A stretch of DNA of 64,000 bases from the NCBI RefSeq assembly GCF_009914755.1, contig NC_060926.1. The stretch is one strand, 5' to 3'. How positions within the stretch are numbered: position 1 is the stretch's first letter; each line of letters starts with the position of its first letter. The position numbers were made by a program, and so were the translations under genes. The notes under the pieces were generated by a model. It made no database searches and was not told the DNA's origin. It saw nothing but the letters and a program-made list of their open reading frames with translations. The DNA comes from the human T2T-CHM13v2.0 reference genome, Homo sapiens. Positions 55,830 through 64,000 of this stretch are shown here, in pieces.

Positions 55830-56854
55830 AAGGAAAACTTTCATTGACCATGTACATTGCATGTAAATTTCAACTCCGCTACATAAACTTGCTTCTTATA
55901 GAATAACATTTTACTCATTTTAAACCAGAATTAACATCATATTTCCATAAATTAATACCCTGTTCCTCTGTGAAAGAGTATTAATATTTGTATGTATATG
56001 CAAACATGTCACTGTTATTCCAAGGTAACTTTATTGATTTGCCATTACTAACATGCTAAGGAGCTTTTTTTTCTAACAACAAAGTCAATTACATAACATC
56101 CTTTAATTCACCCTTAATATTAATTTGTTGGCTTTTTACTTGTATCTGCTTTTCTTATTTTTAACTATCTGAAAATAGGGATGCATATACATAGCCAGTA
56201 TTTCTAAGACTCCTATTGGTAGCAGACAGACCAAACCTATCAGGCCAACCCAGGAAAGATGTCCCAGGCACAGTCACAGTTTCACATTGGCCCTGGTCCC
56301 TGGAAGCTCCTTGAAAAATTTTTCTAATTCTCTCTTTAAAGGCTAGAGCCAGTTAAATGTGTATGAATTTGGTGTCTATTTATTAAATATGTATGTAATA
56401 CATATCTATTTAACAAAGGAGGAGTTGGCTGCTCCTGGAGTAAGTGTAGGGTAACCTTCCTTGACTCATAACAGTCTATCAGATTGTGTTCAAACTGTCC
56501 CAAGATAGGGACAGTCTATGGGCAACCCAGTGCAGGGCTCTGTGTATGTTATAAGGCAAGGGAGGTCACATGGAGAGAAAGGGAATAAATAATTCCATAT
56601 ATGAGATATTTGAAGCAAATCTGTTTATGGACATTCGATCAGTCAAACCCACACACATTCTTTGTTAGTTACAGGACTATGCACCTCCATTTATTGATAT
56701 ACATCAAGAACCCCTTCAACATACAAAGAATGAAGACTTCTGGAGGGTTCCAAACCTCAATACTTCCCAGTCAGGCCAGCATTCAACTCTAGATCTTCAA
56801 ATCACTTTTTTTTTAAATTGCTAAAATAATTCTGTGTGGTTCCTTTGTGTTTTT

Positions 56855-58620
<1,766 letters not shown>

Positions 58621-60080
58621 TAGATTTTCTTGCTATATTTCAACTATTTCTATCTTGAGATGAAACTGAAGAGTTAGGGTTACTTAGGGAAAAAAATCAA
58701 ATCACTCATTTATAGTCTTTTCTTTAAACATGGAGGAAAAAATAGAACTAATATTTTTCCCAGGAAGGAACCTGAACAACAATGTACTTGAAAATGATAA
58801 TGCACATTTTCCAGCTGATCCAGAACATTTGCCACCTGACTTTGACTGTCCCAGTTTCACCTCTAAAACGGTCATAGGACACAATGATTATCACCATCTC
58901 ACTCTGCATGATTAATGTGGAGGACTGAGCTATTCTTTGAGTTGTCACTTTAGTTTTATGAGAGGAACCCTCACTTGTTTTGAATGCCCTTGTATTTAAT
59001 CCTCATCAATTTTATGGCCAAGTAAAACAGATCAAATTTACTACACATGCTCTGATTCATGAAATTATTTAAACAACTATTAGCATTGAACCAAAAAGAC
59101 TATTACTTTCTAATAACAAATTCATGTCCAAATAGGAAGTGAGTCAGGGATATTATTTTCTGAAAATTTGTTTTATCAAAAGACAATAATACACTACTGG
59201 GAAAAGTCATGAGTAGCTCATTAAACAATGTTTTCACAAAAGGATGGTTTAGAATATGAAATTGGTTGTTAATGGTTCCCAAGAAGTTAATAATCAATTT
59301 ATAGGCAAGGATACTAAGTGCACTAAAAGTATCATAACATAAAAAAGTAAAGATATACATAGGCAGGATACGGTCAAAATATTCTTAAACATCAATAATT
59401 TAGATAAAAATTAGATTTTGCCTTCTAATGCATTTTTATTTGTTGAGCAAAATATGTATACTCATTCAGATAAAAAACCTATGTTCTTTTTACCTTTTAA
59501 CATTAATAACCAATATATGTACCTTTTGCTTTAACAGAATTCGTAAGAGTGTTCTAAAATGTTTTTGAAAAGTAGATATTTATGATAGTTTTATAAAGTA
59601 TATCATCAAGATAAAATAAATAAATTTAAGAGCAGATGAGATCCTGAAACAAAAACAAAACAACAAAAACAAAATCAACTATGAATGTAATCACTAGGAA
59701 ATAACTAAAAATCAGAATTAGCCACTTATCATGAATTACTAAATAAATAGAAGTTTTATAATGTTTTTGGAACTGCAAGTAAATCAAAAGGTCATTTGGT
59801 CCATCTAGCATTTGTGGATAAGTGTATAATTAAAAGTCATCCTAGACAAATAGTTGTCAATCACTCTTCTAAAGATGCTTGGAACATTCCCTGACATCAA
59901 TTCTAGGGCCCAGTGATTTATTAATTACCTTCTAGAATGTCTTTTTTCCTTTTTGCTTTTTCCTCTGGTTCACCTTCTGGAGAAATTACAAATAATCTTT
60001 CATAAACTAGACCAGTGTTTATCAAACTGCAGTCCAACCCGCATTTTTACTTTAATGAAATAGAAAATACCAGAGTGCAT

Positions 60081-60480
60081 TGTATTAGTCCATTTTCACG
60101 CTGCTAATAAACACATACCCCAGACTGGGCAATTTACAAAAGAAAGAGGTTTAATTTACAAAAGAAAGAGGTTCCACGTGACTGGGGAAGCCTCACAATC
60201 ATGGCAGAAGGCAAGGAGGACAAAGTCACATCTTACATGGATGGCAGAAGGCAAGGAGGACAAAGTCACATCTTACAGGGATGGCAGCAGGCAAAGAGAG
60301 AGCTTATGCAGGGAAACTCTCATTTTTAAAGCCAGCAGGTATCATGAGACTTATTCACTATCACTAGAACAACACAGGAAAGACCTGACCCCATGATTCA
60401 ATTATTTCCCACTGGGTCCCTCCCAAAACATGTGGGAATTCAAAATGAGATTTGTGTGGGGACACAGCCAAACCATATCA
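60081..60480 (-). mobile_element. Solo THE1B-like LTR with two internal tandem duplications
   Basis: TGTATTAGTCC...CCAAACCATATCA with near-TSD TGCAT/TGTAT. Confidence 0.9.
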
Positions 60481-60743
60481 TGTATTGTGCAAGGGGAAAA
60501 GCTTGATTCATGAAACTTGCTTCTGTTATTCATATATATGTATGTATGAGTTGGATATTTATTTATATACAAGTATGTATGTGTCAGGATAAAATATATT
60601 TTTTACTAAGTATAAATGCTTAAAGAAAAACATCTGAAATACACAGATGTCTGTTAGAGTATCAAGAATTTTTCTTTGGTCACTTTTTATTCCTTCTATA
60701 GTTGGAGAGTATTTTCTGATCACATATTTCCCCTTTGGGGGAA

Positions 60744-61121
60744 TGATATGGTTTGTCTCTGTATCCCCACCCAAATCTTACCTTAAATTGTAATTCCCCC
60801 ATGTCACAGGAAGTACCTTTTGGGAGGTGACTGGACAATGTGGGTGGATTTCCTCCTTGCTGTTCTCAAGTTAGTGAGTGAGTTCCCACAAGACCTGTTT
60901 GTTTGATAATTGTCTGGGAGTTTCCCCTGCATTCTTTCTCTCTCCTGCTGCCCTGTGAAGAAGGTGCCTGCTTCCCCTTCCCCTTCCCCTTCCGCCCTGA
61001 TCCTAAGTTTTCTGAGGCCTCCCCAGCCATGTGGAACTGTGAGTCAATTAAATCTCTTTCTTTTATAAGTTACCTAGTCCTGGGTAGTATCTTTATAGCA
61101 GTGTGAGAAGAGACTAATACA
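60744..61121 (+). mobile_element. Solo THE1D-like LTR
   Basis: TGATATGGTTTG...GACTAATACA with near-TSD GGGAA/GGGAC. Confidence 0.9.
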
Positions 61122-61669
61122 GGGACTCACAAAATTGTTATTGTTCACACAATTTACTCCTTCTTGATTGTTCAATTTTGCTTTGGAAAAATTCATAAAA
61201 TATTTTCTTAGAGACTTTTTTTTTTTTACTAAATTATATAAACCTAGACATGTACCTCTTAGAAAATGAGACTAATTTAAAACCTTTGACATATAATTTT
61301 TGGCATAACTGCTATTTAGCCTTTACATCAATAAGAATAGCTCACGATGTCTGTGTGTATTAGCAAACTTTTAAATTGTTATTAGAATTGATGGTATAAG
61401 CAGGAATTGTTTTTTCTATATGTGGTACAATTGAAACCTCAATTATGGCACAATAAATATCATTGCTTTGACATGTAATACAAAAAGGCATTTAAGAAAG
61501 AATTTTTCCATATTAATTTGACACAATTTCTCATTACTAGAGGCAGAAATATCAGAACTAGGAATTACTTTCCAGCATTGATAATATGAATCTTCCCTAA
61601 AATAAAAATTAAAGCGATAAATTGGCATGTGATAATGTTATAAAATTCAGAACTTTACCTAGATTTTTT

Positions 61670-62190
61670 TCTTTTTAAATCAACTTTATTCATTTATAAT
61701 ACACATAAAATAAAATTCCAAATATTTTAAGTGTACAGTCTGATGAATTTTGACAATGTATACTCTTATGTAACCAGCACACTTCCCAGTCAGTCCTTCT
61801 TCAACTATACTATATGCATAAGTAGCACTTCTGTGCCTGGCTTCTTGTGCAGTTTACTTCTTTTCATTACTGAACAATATTCTATTATAGGGATATATCA
61901 CAAATTTTTTTATCTATTCACCTATTGATAAAAATTGTGGTTGTTTCTAATTTGGGGCTATTATGAATAATGCAACTATGAATATTTGTGTACAAATCTT
62001 TTGGTGAATATATATTTTCATTTATCTTGGATAAATATTGAGGATTAGAATTGCTAGGTCATATGTTAAGGGTATGTTTAACTTCGTAAATAACTGCCAA
62101 ATTATTTTCCAAAGCAGTTGTGCTATTTTATGCTAACCAATGTATAAAAATTTATTTGCTATCTATCTTTGCCAACACTTAGTATTTTAT
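61670..62190 (-). mobile_element. Ancient L1M 3' fragment
   Basis: TTTAAGTGTACAGT.TGATGAATTTTGACAA and AGAATTGCTAGGTCATATG motifs. Confidence 0.7.
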
Positions 62191-62195
62191 CTATT

Positions 62196-62242
62196 GTATT
62201 AGCCAGGGTTCTCCAAAGAAACAGACCAATAGGAGATCAGAT

Positions 62243-62293
<51 letters not shown>

Positions 62294-62392
62294 TTTCAAA
62301 CTATATATATTGTATGTACGTTGTATGTGTAAGTTATAAGTTATAAAAGGAATTGGCTCATGCAATTATGGAGGATGAGAAGTCCTGAGATC
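62196..62392 (-). mobile_element. MLT2-family LTR fragment containing a GATA repeat
   Basis: TGTATTAGCCAGGGTTCTCCAAAGAAACAGACCAATAGG ... AGGAATTGGCTCATGCAATTATGGAGG.TGAGAAGTCC. Confidence 0.8.
62243..62293 (+). repeat. (GATA)12 tetranucleotide STR
   Basis: Read directly from the sequence. Confidence 0.95.
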
Positions 62393-62669
62393 ATGGACAG
62401 ATTTTCCAGGCTGGGCATTATATGGGTTCAGTATTAAATAAAACTTTGAAAGTTTCAAATATCTGCATGATTTTCTTCATATTTGAAGGCTTTACAACTT
62501 TCAGGTGTATGCACTGAAACATTTCAGAGTAGTTTCATTCTTTTAGGCATTTAGGATGATAAATATGATCATTTAAATTTTTTCCCACAATTTTTTATTG
62601 ATATATTTTCGGGGTATATTGAGTATTTAATTTTGTGAATAGGATTTTCCATACACTGGAATTTTTCCA

Positions 62670-62880
62670 TAAATGGGCACCTGTATGCCAAGAACTGTTC
62701 AAAGTGCCTGATGATTTTTAAATTATTTAATCATTTAATCATCATAACTATAGGATGTAGTTACCAATACTACCCGTATTTTACAACTGTCTGTGGCACA
62801 GAGAGAAATGAATAACTTGTTCATGTTTGCAGAGCTTGTAAGTAAAAGAGCTGGGAATAGAACCCAAACAGAATATTGTT
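62670..62880 (-). mobile_element. MIR
   Basis: ATTTTACA...GGCACAGAGAGA...TAACTTG....GAGCTGGGAATAGAACCCA. Confidence 0.65.
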
Positions 62881-63259
62881 TCTTCTTGGGTTCTATTGTA
62901 ATTCTAATCCAATTCTGGATTTTCAAAAATCATCTTTGATTAATATACCTGGGGCTTAATCTGTAATATATTTGGTCTTTGTCCTAGGTTCTACAGGGGT
63001 CTTTGTTCCCATCTACATTCTTGACCACTACGCTATATTGCCTCTCTAGAGAGTGATATGTTTTCTCTTCCTATGGGGTTTTAATTTCTGAAATTAAAAA
63101 ATGGCTAATATAAGACATTGCACCTAGCTGGGTGTATGATAGGCCTTGGGGAGGGGCCAATAAGATCCTCACATATTTTTTATTATACCCTTACAGGAAA
63201 ATATTCACTTTTCCCAAAGCAAAATACACTATCATTTAGACACTATAATTTCTAGATAT

Positions 63260-63968
<709 letters not shown>

Positions 63969-64000
63969 GAGGTAGCCGCCGCAGGTCGCTTCAGCTGTGA

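Noticed and set aside
56447-56530. Short element with TAGGGTAACC...GGCAACCCAG ends resembling a Blackjack MITE
   Set aside because: The inverted match is too short and degenerate, and there is no clear 8-bp TSD.
60201-60280. Direct repeats as a CRISPR-like array
   Set aside because: Adjacent tandem copies without spacers, inside a primate LTR.
61570-61597. 28-nt minus-strand micro-exon candidate
   Set aside because: The donor is weak (AAA|gtaatt) and the unit is too short to distinguish from chance.

Overview
Primate (human-like) AT-rich, repeat-dense DNA, intronic or intergenic. I recognise no intact host protein-coding gene, RNA gene or CRISPR-like system. The long ORFs all come from retroelements: a near full-length young L1PA (1-5630, minus strand, ORF1/ORF2/ORF0 inactivated, 129-bp ZNF93-target segment absent) and a complete two-LTR THE1A MaLR element (13697-15978, perfect 5-bp TSD). 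The rest is about 19 Alus, several solo THE1/MST/MLT2/MER21 LTRs, older L1M/L2/MIR pieces and DNA-transposon fossils. The most notable items are: a ~1.7 kb decayed hAT (Blackjack-like) transposase; an L1M whose 5'UTR is fused directly to its 3' end inside TSDs; a motif-dense enhancer or first-exon candidate at ~8.65-8.93 kb; a chain of unverified minus-strand exon-like units; an Alu with a new 5' splice site; closely spaced inverted Alu pairs; an AT-rich palindrome; and a CpG-rich insertion beginning in the last Alu tail. Repeat subfamily calls come from remembered consensus sequences, and boundaries of old repeats are approximate.
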